Part shown: positions 35,789 to 46,119 of the stretch, one piece after another
How the letters are laid out: every line of letters begins with the position of its first letter
How positions within the stretch are numbered: the stretch's first letter is position 1
Assembly (NCBI GenBank): GCA_020891255.1
Contig: BQFW01000005.1
Coordinates: 806,001-870,000, forward strand
DNA from: Entomortierella parvispora E1425
Taxonomy: Eukaryota > Fungi > Mortierellomycota
Reading direction: 5' to 3'
DNA: 64,000 bases
The notes under the pieces: model-generated
What the model was told of the DNA's origin: nothing
What the model saw: only the letters and a program-made list of their open reading frames with translations
The model's database searches: none
Position numbers and translations under genes: made by a program

Positions 35789-38029
35789 CTATGAAAACAG
35801 ACGTCTTGCTGGGTGATGAGCACTACTTGACACGGTGAAATCCAACCTGGGAAACTGCGATGCGACCCGGGCTTTCAACTTTTCCACATAGGCATTCGGC
35901 ATCCCTGTCTGATAGACGATTATCTGCCTCAACCCTTCAATATCTACACTCGATCCAACACCTGAGCAAGCAGGGACTTTGTCTCCACGGTCATCCTTCA
36001 TGGACCACCGACCGCTCTTTCGTCTTTGGAATCGATCAAGGAAGGCCAAAAACTGTTCGATCCGGTCCTCGTGCACTTGAATCGGTCGAGCTTCCAACAA
36101 CATCTTCTGTCTCTCCTGTTTAAGTTCCGCCTCGACAGTGAGATAGTCGTCATATCCCTTCTCGCCGGGCCTAAACATGGGATACTTTGCCAGAATGTTG
36201 TCTCTTCTCTGTAAGAGCTCCATCGCGTGCTCACTCTTTGGAAGAGAATGAAGCTCGGATAGAGACAAGAATTCGAACCTGACCAAAAGAGATTCCAAGC
36301 GGTTGAGGCCCAATTGTGGATGAAGTGCTTGTGGTGCGATGGTGTTCAAAAAGGTGAAATCTGTCAAAGTGCAAGTGGGTAAAACAAGATGCTTGATTCG
36401 TGGTAAATATCGAACCAAGTAGTCAGCGAATCGTTCAAGGCTCTTGTCGCTTATCTGGATGGCATCACCGCCAGATAAACGGAAGGTCAAGAGACTGGAA
36501 CATGCTGGGAATGGTAGCTGTGGCTGATGCTGTGGCCTTGCAACTACCCTTTCGTCTTGATCCTCCTCTTGAGTGACGGTCGTGATGCTTGTAGTGGTCG
36601 TGCAGGTAGATGCAGTCGTTACAGTGGAACTTGCAACAGGATCCATACCGCTTTCAGAGACAGTAATCATTGAATTGGATGAATCGAACATGTCCAAGAA
36701 TCCATCGACATTCAGCGGCAAAGAAAGCCTCTCCAGTTGATAAAGCCAAGGGGTATTCTTCAATTTCTGGAGCCAATCGACTCGCCCAAGCATTCTATCG
36801 TAAGAAGTGATAGCAAGCTCCTGAAGGAACCTCTCCTGCGACCTTTCTGAGACTGAAATCATCCCCATCTCATCAAACAGCTCATTGAGAGCTGCGTAAG
36901 TGAACGGAGCCGTGCCATTATTGTTTGTCGGTATACTTGGTCTGCGGCCGTTGATGAAACCCGTGACGAACGATTCGAGGACAGAGAGGTCAAGGAGCTG
37001 ACATAGGAGTAACTTGAGGTACCGATCAGATATCGTCAGCAGAGTCATTTTCTTTAGGCGTAGGGTCCTTGGTGCTCTGGTAGAGTCGAGTGCAAGGGCT
37101 GCTTCGTCCGTGATGGACTCGTTCATATTGCAGATTGTCGCCGCGCCAACCTCTTCTAACATGGGTGCCTGCTCTTTCAATGCATAGAGATCATCTACGC
37201 TGCAGTCTGAGTTGACAATGTCAAAGATCCTAAGTGACAATGAAGGCTTTGCTGTTGAGGAAGCTTTCGGCACACGAGCTTCTCTCTCCGCACGATTCCA
37301 GTAGACAGGACCTAGAAAAGACGTGGCTGCGGCAATCTCAGGACAGATCTTGAGTTGAAGAATCCTGTACAGCGCTGGTGCTTGCACCATGAACCTCTTG
37401 ATCAACCTTAATTCCTCAAGGCCAGAGAAGGGCGACTCTGTTGGTATATAATCCATTGTAGGCAAAAGGCCAGTGCAGCTATCAGGCAGATTGGAATCTT
37501 GCACATCTTGAACGACAGATTCAACAAATTTGAATCCGAGCCCAATCTCAAGTGACTTGATGCGAAAGGCGGCTGCGCTCTGGGGGTTTTGCGAAAATAA
37601 ACAAGAGAGCAATTGGGATACCTCATCCGAGTGCGGTCCTTCCAGCACAATCTTGACTTTTTCCAGATGCACACAGTTTCGAGCAACCAAGGAACAAAAA
37701 GCAAGACTGACAACACTATTTTGTGGCTCTAGTCCCAGATGCCGGTTGAGCGCATCCGCCTCTTCGGTAATGATCCTTGGAAACGTGAAAGTGAGTCCTC
37801 CGATGATGGTTGGCGCTTCTTGGATGCAGTTGTGTTCTATAGCGTAGTCAGCCGCGAGGTGGACCCGAAAGAATTGGTTTGCCATGGCAAAGAACTCCTT
37901 GGATACCAGTCGAAGAGATCGAATTGTGCGCCTCTCGTTCTTCAGCCACGAGAAAATGTAGGTCAGCACCTCTGGAAGACAAATGGCCCTCTCCATGAAT
38001 CCAGATGAAAGAATCGAAGCATTATCCAT
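35789..38029 (-). CDS. F-box-like / LRR paralogue 4, intronless, 746 aa
   Basis: MDNASILSSGFMERAICLPEVLTYIFSWL; shares ADYAIEHNCIQEAP and LQLKICPEIAAATSFLGPVYWNR with the other copies. Confidence 0.85.
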   Translation of the reverse strand: MDNASILSSGFMERAICLPEVLTYIFSWLKNERRTIRSLRLVSKEFFAMANQFFRVHLAADYAIEHNCIQEAPTIIGGLTFTFPRIITEEADALNRHLGLEPQNSVVSLAFCSLVARNCVHLEKVKIVLEGPHSDEVSQLLSCLFSQNPQSAAAFRIKSLEIGLGFKFVESVVQDVQDSNLPDSCTGLLPTMDYIPTESPFSGLEELRLIKRFMVQAPALYRILQLKICPEIAAATSFLGPVYWNRAEREARVPKASSTAKPSLSLRIFDIVNSDCSVDDLYALKEQAPMLEEVGAATICNMNESITDEAALALDSTRAPRTLRLKKMTLLTISDRYLKLLLCQLLDLSVLESFVTGFINGRRPSIPTNNNGTAPFTYAALNELFDEMGMISVSERSQERFLQELAITSYDRMLGRVDWLQKLKNTPWLYQLERLSLPLNVDGFLDMFDSSNSMITVSESGMDPVASSTVTTASTCTTTTSITTVTQEEDQDERVVARPQHQPQLPFPACSSLLTFRLSGGDAIQISDKSLERFADYLVRYLPRIKHLVLPTCTLTDFTFLNTIAPQALHPQLGLNRLESLLVRFEFLSLSELHSLPKSEHAMELLQRRDNILAKYPMFRPGEKGYDDYLTVEAELKQERQKMLLEARPIQVHEDRIEQFLAFLDRFQRRKSGRWSMKDDRGDKVPACSGVGSSVDIEGLRQIIVYQTGMPNAYVEKLKARVASQFPRLDFTVSSSAHHPARRLFS

Positions 38030-38397
38030 CTTTATGTCTTAAGGTGGGTGGAGGTCAAAGAAGGGGGTTGTGCAGATTGTGTGTGTGTGAGAGAGAGAGA
38101 AAGAAACAAAACAAAACATCGATCATTCGGTTTTTTGTTAGTTCAATTGACGTGTGGCACAGCGGTTAGTGCGACTGGGAGCATCAAAATCGTATTTGGG
38201 CGCAGGGCGGACAGTGCCTCTCGGAAAGGCACCCAGGCAAGCTAGAGGAGATTCCGACATATATTCTTACCTTACTAGGAGGACCTTCGCTGACAAAGTT
38301 GTGATTGCGCTGTGCAGTAATATGCTCCATTTATTTACGTGTTGCAAAAAGCCATGCTCATCACTATGCGCTATGGCCGGGGGGTTGGAGGCACTCT

Positions 38398-39755
38398 TTA
38401 ATCGATCTTGATGGACCCGTAAATCTTCCTGACAAATACAAACGTGGCAAAGAATCCAATCGCACCCGAGAGAATGAAGAACATCAAGCTCATGATCGTC
38501 GTCCATCCAAAGTACAGCACCATCGACGTAAACGACTGAAGCTGCAGTCTCGAAAAGTAGAACAAGACTCCATACAAGAAGATGTAGAAGGCAGACGCGC
38601 CACTTGTCATGAAAGATCGCCACCACCAATGATAGTCCTCTGCACACAGGTGGAAGTAGCACATCAAGATTGTGACCTCGGCACAGGTCAGGATCAAGAT
38701 GCCAAAGACCAAGAACAGGAAGCCAAAGACATAGTAAATCTTGTGCGACCAGATCGAGTTCATGATGAAGTACAACTCGATAAAGATCGCACCAAAAGGA
38801 AGGACTCCGCCAATCATCATCGAAGGGAAGGGGCGAAGGTAAAAGACCTGGTCAGGGATCTGTCGAGGAATCTGGTTGGTGCGAACTGGATGCTCAATCT
38901 TAGGGCGCTGGAATCCCAAATAAGACCCCATGATTGAGAGAGGGGTTGAGACCAAAAACCAAAGAGCCGCCACTCCCAGCATGGTTCCAAATGGCACGGC
39001 TCCTGAAGATTTCGCTCCGATCAAAAAAAAGTTGAGTCCCACAAATGATCCGAAAACAATCCTAAAAAAAAGATGAGGGCGGTTATGAGGATGACAATTT
39101 GGGAAGAGAATATTGAACCCCTGATAGTCCACAAGCCATCACAGATAACACTTACGCGGGAAACAAGAACGCGGTTCCAGCAACATTTCTCTTCCAGGAC
39201 TCGCCTCCAAACATCTTGTAAAGTCTTGCAGACACAAATCCAGCGACGATACCAAAGAACATGTAAAAGACGATCATCACCGTGGCCAATGCTCCTCGAT
39301 TGGAAGGAGAAAGGAAACCAAGGGCCGCAAAGACGATTGTGACAGTGGCCATCAGGAACATTTGTGAACCGTTGCCAACAACGATTGACAGTAGCATTGG
39401 GTACGAGGGCGAGCGGAACACATCTCCGTGAACCAGCTTCCATCCAAAATCTTCCTGAATATCCTCCTGAGCCTCAAATTGGTTGTAGCGCGAAATATCT
39501 TTGTGGAGGGCTCTCAGAAGAACCATGGCGACCATGCCGGTTAAAAACAAAACAATGATGATCGAATTGACAAGACTGAACCAGTGGATCCTTGGTTCAC
39601 TCACGAGCAAGAACTTGTCCCATCGTGTAGCCCATTCCTGATCTACTAACTATTTGATCCCATATGTAACGTTTGGCGGCTTTGCTAGTCAGTTTGTGTA
39701 TTATTTTCTACCATCCCTCTCAAGGAATGTTCAATGTCACACAAAATGGACAAAA

Positions 39756-39831
<76 letters not shown>

Positions 39832-40855
39832 CAAGGAGTTATTTCGTACCTTCCAATGAACGGAGTATGTGTAGGTCACCGAGTTGGTTTTTGTCTCTGA
39901 AAGAATCTTGGGCGGTACTTGGTCAGCATTTTTGTCGATGCCGCAATACTCTTCTCCTGCTTGAGCAACATCAAAGCTATAAAGTTTTCAATCAAGCAGT
40001 GTTAGTCTTTAAAAGCCTGAGGGTCGCCGCCTTCTCTAAAGAGAGGGAGTAAGAAAGACCGAGAGAAGGCTACAAGGTACACCTAAAGAAACCTACCTGA
40101 AAGGCTCGACCGCAACGCCAATGACACGCAACTTGTCCTTGAGTTCGTTCTTGTGGTAATCGATCGAAATCTCGTAATGGTTGTGGAGCTCAGGCTGCCC
40201 ATTTTCAATGTCGGCTCCAAGAGGGAATCCAATAGAGTAGACCTTTTGTTCCTCAGGTCCAACCTGGCTTACATGCGCCGCAGGCAAGCCATCGACCAAC
40301 CAGTTAATCAAGTAGTTCTCACGGATCCTTTCATTGATAAACTTGGCCTGTTCCGCCTTCACTTCCTGAGTACACAGAATCTTGCAGTTCTCGGGTCTCA
40401 TCATGACCAACTATATAGAATAGTAAAATCTTCCCTTGGTGAGTTCTATCTTCATTTTTGTCTATACAACGAACTTCATGATGGCTACCCTCTCAATAGA
40501 TGAGCAGGCTCAAATGTCCTCACATGTTGCACATTACCTGGTATGGCGAACTCCTGATTCGGTCGCCGAAAAGAATACTGCCTAGAGACTCGGGCTGTGA
40601 TTCTGGCTCGGTTTCCCTCTTGCAAAAGTTGAACATGGGATCATAGTAATCATACGCAATGACTGACTTGACGGCATTCCTGTTTTCAGCGCCAGGGGTC
40701 AACGCATTGACCATCACCGGCACATCAGATGTGTCTGTGAATTCCGTTGGGGCCATTCCTGGAAGGTAGAAGGCTTCGGCCAAGCGGGGACCAGTCGACA
40801 GGACAAGGAGCAGGGCAGCCCCAGCAGCCGAGACCAGGGGAGTAAACCGGGTCAT
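38398..40855 (-). CDS. EMP70: Transmembrane 9 superfamily protein (TM9SF/EMP70/TMN), multi-exon
   Basis: Signal peptide followed by FYLPGMAP; [12 protein letters not shown]; [18 protein letters not shown]; [13 protein letters not shown]; [10 protein letters not shown]; C-terminal KIYGSIKID. The checked splice junctions keep the frame. Confidence 0.95.
39759..39826 (+). repeat. (AC)34 microsatellite inside a TM9SF intron
   Basis: Perfect dinucleotide run. Confidence 0.95.
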
Positions 40856-41534
40856 GGAGTGCAATTGACGAGGGATGCTTGTCTGTATGTTGAGAGTGTG
40901 TTCCTTCCTTGAACCAGCCAGAGATGAGAGAAGGGAAGCAAAGCGGGGACGAAAGGAGGAGCGCTGGATGGAACAAGTGAAAGAAGAAAAAAAGAGTCGA
41001 TGGATGACCCTTGCAGTGAACTGGAACGCGACACTAAAAATAGTTTGAATAAAATAAAAAATGGCGACGTGTCAAAAAGGGGGAGAAGTGGGCGTAGGGG
41101 GGACGCTACGACAAGCCACCAGAATGGTGGGAATAAAAATAAAATAAAATAAAATTATTCGATAATAACTTATCACGATAAAATAATAATTTAGTCGAGG
41201 TCTTTGATCCTTTCACATGCAACCATTCTCTTCTTTTGAGCGTAATAGCTCACCCACCTTCGCCGTGGCTCGGGAAATGAAAAACCGAACGGCCCCAAAT
41301 GAGCGGATGGGATCGGACCCGTCCGCCGTCCGTCTTCGATCGTCCGTCCCTGCTTTGCTTTGCTTTGCTTTACCTGCGTTCCTTCTTGCCCTGCTTGCCT
41401 ATCTGCCTATCTGCCTTGCCCCATGCTCTTTCTGTTCTCTCCACCTTCTTACTCTTCTCCCCTCCTCTCCTCTCCTCTCCTCTCCTCTCCTCTTTCCTTG
41501 TTCCTCGCTCATTCCTCCATTATTCGCCCATCTC

Positions 41535-43235
41535 ATGACAAGTCTCTTCCTCCCGGCTGGACCCAAGGGCTCCTCCTCCGCCGCATCCTCCTCTGCCGCG
41601 AACCCTTTTCAAGCTTTGACCCACTTTTACGAGCAGGAGCTTACCGGCCTCCACATCGACTCGGCTCCCAGCCGGCATCATCGACAGCACCATGTCCATG
41701 CCCCTAGGACCAAACCATTGTCTTCTTCGTCTGCTCATCTGTTTCCCTCTGCTTCGTCTTCAACGTGCGCTCCATTCTCCACTCGACCCACGTTCACGAA
41801 TGCAAGCTCAAACTCTTATGCCACAGTTCCAAAGGACAGACATGGCGAGGACTTCAAAAGCTTTTCTCATGCTACACATTCTCTAGCTTTTGCGCATGCC
41901 ACCAGTCTGAGCAGCGGCGGCGGCAAAAGCAGCCTCAATGCCAGCGCCAATGCCGACATTTCCGAGCACATGAGGCAGCGACAGGAATACTATCTTCGTG
42001 AGGCCCAGCTTCGGAGCGCGGATCGCCACGATGGTCTTGGACCTATTGTCGACTTTTCGCAGCTCTGGCACAAGCGCCATGAGCAACCGGAGGACCATGT
42101 CGCAGCACGACACTACAATCCCTACGCGGAAGAGACAAAGTCAAAGTTATCGCAATTTAGACAGCACCAGAACAGTCAAACTCGGCCAAGGTTGCAGCAA
42201 AGCTGGCGGGCATCCTCCCAACAAGAGCAGGTACATATGGACCTGGGACAAGACGACAGCCTGGATCTGGAGCACACATGGCAAGAGACTCTGTCAGCCA
42301 TGTCTTCATCCTCCTCTTCCCCTTCCTCACCCGCTTTGACTTCTGTACCTACGCAAAGGAGGCTCCATGGACCTGCAGTGGAGGGATCACTGGCGTCATC
42401 CTTCATGGATGCGGCAGCCGCGTTACCGTCCTCTTGGCCACTCGCTCCCTGGGCCATCGAGACAGAAGCTGCTTTGATGGAATTTGAAACTATCTACAAG
42501 GATTATGGACCTCAGAACCAATATCTTCACGGCCAACACCTTCATTCGCAGCATCAACAGCAGCTGAAAGAACTAGAGTATCAACAAGCAGGTTCGTGGT
42601 CAGAAGAATTCACAAAGGCCTCGGGAGGAGTATCGTCGTCAACACCACCAGTGCACTCTCCAGACCGTCGAGGATCCGTGAAGACGTGCGGCTTCCTGCT
42701 CGATCCCAAACATCAATCTTTAGAGTCTCTAGACGACATCTCTTCTGTTCAAGCTGTTCAAGCTAGAGCGAATGCAGTTGCGGCGGCCATGGCGGCCGCT
42801 CTTCCTACCCAAACATTGGACAGTGAAGACCCGAACGCCACCGCTGATTATGAAGCGATACAAAACGGAGTGGGTGATTTGAGTCTGGTTGACCACTTTC
42901 ATCCTCCCATGTCAATTCATCCCTCCACACATCAGGAACCCACGACAAACAACTTGGTATCCATAGAACGCCCTGGTCAGTCTTTCAACGACGACATCTT
43001 TGAAGGCGACATGCTCCAAGCTTGGATGGACACCCTTGCTCAGGAGAAGCAAGAAGCGGACGAAGCAAAGGAGGAGACCCTCTCGACAAAAAACGATGGC
43101 GAAGAGGAGATCAGTGAGGCTGACAGACAGGTTCTGGAAACGGCCATTAGACGCCTGAATGCACTGAAGCACCAATTAGACAGCCGTACACCGCCACCCC
43201 TGCCACCATCGCCCCATTTTGACCAGGAAGTGTAG
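41535..43235 (+). CDS. Intronless, largely disordered hypothetical protein (about 566 aa), weakly similar to a PEX5 N-terminus
   Basis: Long ORF; most plausible ATG is 41535. It has ANPFQALTHFYEQE near the N-terminus, one WxxxF (WSEEF) and a C-terminal helical segment. Confidence 0.65.
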   Translation: MTSLFLPAGPKGSSSAASSSAANPFQALTHFYEQELTGLHIDSAPSRHHRQHHVHAPRTKPLSSSSAHLFPSASSSTCAPFSTRPTFTNASSNSYATVPKDRHGEDFKSFSHATHSLAFAHATSLSSGGGKSSLNASANADISEHMRQRQEYYLREAQLRSADRHDGLGPIVDFSQLWHKRHEQPEDHVAARHYNPYAEETKSKLSQFRQHQNSQTRPRLQQSWRASSQQEQVHMDLGQDDSLDLEHTWQETLSAMSSSSSSPSSPALTSVPTQRRLHGPAVEGSLASSFMDAAAALPSSWPLAPWAIETEAALMEFETIYKDYGPQNQYLHGQHLHSQHQQQLKELEYQQAGSWSEEFTKASGGVSSSTPPVHSPDRRGSVKTCGFLLDPKHQSLESLDDISSVQAVQARANAVAAAMAAALPTQTLDSEDPNATADYEAIQNGVGDLSLVDHFHPPMSIHPSTHQEPTTNNLVSIERPGQSFNDDIFEGDMLQAWMDTLAQEKQEADEAKEETLSTKNDGEEEISEADRQVLETAIRRLNALKHQLDSRTPPPLPPSPHFDQEV

Positions 43236-43589
43236 AGATTAGAGAGAAGGCTATATACCCAGAACCATAATGCAATATACCCGTTCAAACCAACCCCAAG
43301 AGATACCATGACGTGGGTGCCTGACCGGTCCGTATTTCAACTCTTCCCCGAGATCGCCAACTTGACGGTTATTCGGTGGCTGTGCGGAGTGCCTTTTTTT
43401 TGCATGGGTGGAATATGGAATAGGAGCTAGTGTTTGTTGGATGCATACGCTCTTGGACCGTCACAGACACAAATCGATGGTCAATCCTCTTGTCGTGCGT
43501 CTGCACATAAAAGGACGTGCGATTTTTTTTCTTGTATTGTACCAGTCCCTCTCATTGCTTCTCATTCCCAACAACTATCAAAGACGGTC

Positions 43590-45858
43590 ATGAGGCTGAA
43601 TATCGGCATCACGGCAGCCATCTTGCTAGTTCTCGCCCATGCTCAAGCGCAGGCGCAAGAGCAGAATCAACAACCCAGCTTGCGAGAAACCATCAAGTAA
43701 AGAGAATGGAAAATCTAAACGAACATCAGATCGCCGTTCAAGATCATAATCGTGTCCCTTACCCTTTGTATTACGTGTTTGTGCGTTTGTGTTCTTCTAG
43801 GGTCCCTATTACATCCATCCAACGCGATAGAAAGCCCTCTACTGTTGGAAGGTGGGTCCATGCTCTCCGCAAGTACGGCCTCTCAACTAGACCTTCTACC
43901 GGTGGCCCCAAAGGCGTTCAGCGTGGACGAGTTACGGACCCTTCAAAACTAGCCCGAATTCCTCTGGTCGACTATGATTTTGATCGAGAGGTAAGAAAAA
44001 AAACCCCTCGATTCTCAAGCGGATGATGGACAGCTCTTTTACCAATACTATTTTCTGGACAATGTAGTACTATGGCACGGTGATGGTGGGTGAACCCCCT
44101 CAGTCGTTCAAGATCGACTTTGACACTGGGTCCTCCCAGTTCATCCTCTCCACCAAGGGCTGTGTTGAATGCTCAGGAGAAAGCCACTATGACGCATCTT
44201 CCTCCAGGACCTTCAGGACATTTGATGAGCCTCTTATCGCAGCCGAATCAAACCAGAGAAAAGACACCGACTATAACAACAACAATGCCACTGGATCTTC
44301 TTCCCCATCTTCTCAATATGTCAATCCTAGTGCGGCTCGCCTGACCACCAACGCCAAGAACGCCTGGCATATCACCTACGGAGATTTGTCTCATGCAGAG
44401 GGATATCTCGGACGAGATCAGGTCCTGTTGAACGGTCTTAAGGTCCGGAACCAGGCCCTAGCCCTGGTCACCTCAGAGTCTTCAGGGTTTGATGAGACTA
44501 TCGACGGCATCATGGGCTTGGCATTTGGGGCTCTTTCGGCTGGTCCACACAAGGTCCGAACCGTTTTTGAGAGTATGATGGATCAGCAATTGGTCGACCA
44601 AGGTTTATTTTCCTTCTATTTGGGAAAGTCCCAGCTTGGAGGAGGTGGTGAAGTCGTCTTTGGGGGCGTGGACTTGGACAGGATCAAGAAGGGCGAGCAG
44701 CTGGTCTATACACCTGTGACTAGAGCAAAGTATTGGCAGATCAACGTTGAGAACATGTATGTTACCACAGGAGACAGCATGGACGGAGACAGCAAGAGCA
44801 GCAAAGACGACAGTGACGCCGAAGAAGATGAGGACAGGGACCAAGATAGCTTCTGGAAACGAGATGGTAAGAGAAACAACCATAGTGGCGGCAAGAGAAA
44901 CAACCACAGCGGCGGCAAGAACTTGATCAAGACCGGCCAGAAAGTGCAACTTGGACGAGCTGGAAGCGGAAACAAAGGAGCGTCGGATGTCCCAGGGATC
45001 ATGGACACTGGAACGACTTTGATGATTGTTCCGTTTCAGATTGCAAATGCGATCCATGCTCTTATTCCAGGCGCGAAACCTTTTGGGCCGTCATGGGCCC
45101 TTCCGTGTGGGCTGGGGCAAGACTACCCTCAAGGCAAAGTCGAGTTGGAGATTGAGGGCCATCGATTTGCGATCCCGTTTGAGGACATGGTTCGAGAAAA
45201 GACGCAGACTGGAATTGCTGGTGACGAGGAGGATAATGTTGTAGATAATGGAAACGTTACTGAAGAGGAAGAGGATGAGAAAGAACTGAGGAGAATTGAC
45301 GAGGAGATGAAGAACTTTGAGAGACGAGCTGCCGGCACCAACAGAAAGGGTCGATCCAAACCACAGAAAAAGAAGAGCAGCCAAAGAGATGACGAGGATG
45401 AAGCCACGGAAGAGAAGGATGAGGACGAGGACGAGGACGAGGAGTCGTTCGAGGGCGATATGGAAGAAGACGATACCCAAATTGGAGCCATGTCGATCAA
45501 CACTAGCGATTTGTGCTTCTCGGGAATTCAGCCCAGCTCCGCAAAGTTCATGATCATCGGTGATGTCTTCATCAAGAACAACCTCGTGGTGTTTGACCAA
45601 GAGAACAAGCAGGTGGGCATTGCTCCTCTTCATTTTGATGAGATTGCAATCACTGCTACTGAGGTGTCTGCTGAGCACTCCAACGTCGAAGATGAGATTG
45701 ATGACGAGGAGGAATCAGCAGATGAAGACAACGAGGATGAGATCGAGGACGTGTACGACCTGGATTCCAAGAAGACAAACAAAAAGAAGCAGCAAAGGAT
45801 GCCCAAGGAGCAGAAGCAGGTTGCAGACATGCGGACGGGGTGGCAACTTGAGGTTTGA
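43590..45858 (+). CDS. Secreted pepsin-like (A1) aspartic protease with acidic insertions, 3 exons
   Basis: Signal peptide MRLNIGITAAILLVLAHA; E|YYGTVMVGEPPQSFKIDFDTGSS; DGIMGLAF; IMDTGTTL; IIGDVFIKNNLVVFD. Confidence 0.92.
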
Positions 45859-46119
45859 GGAAAAGGAAAGGCAGATCGACAATAAAGATACGACCCATGT
45901 AATGACAAGTTTGGTGTTTCAACCTGCAAAGGTTTGATCTGAGTGCGAAAAAAAAAAAAATCTGCACCGTGGAAAAATGTCGGTCGTTTTTTTTTTTTTT
46001 TTTTTTTTTTTTGCTTCGCTTCTTCACTCGCTCATACCCTTCTTTCTTTCCTCTTCTTCAGTCCACACTTCCTCCCCCCTCCCTTCTCACTTTACCGCCG
46101 ACACACTCATAGGCATACC

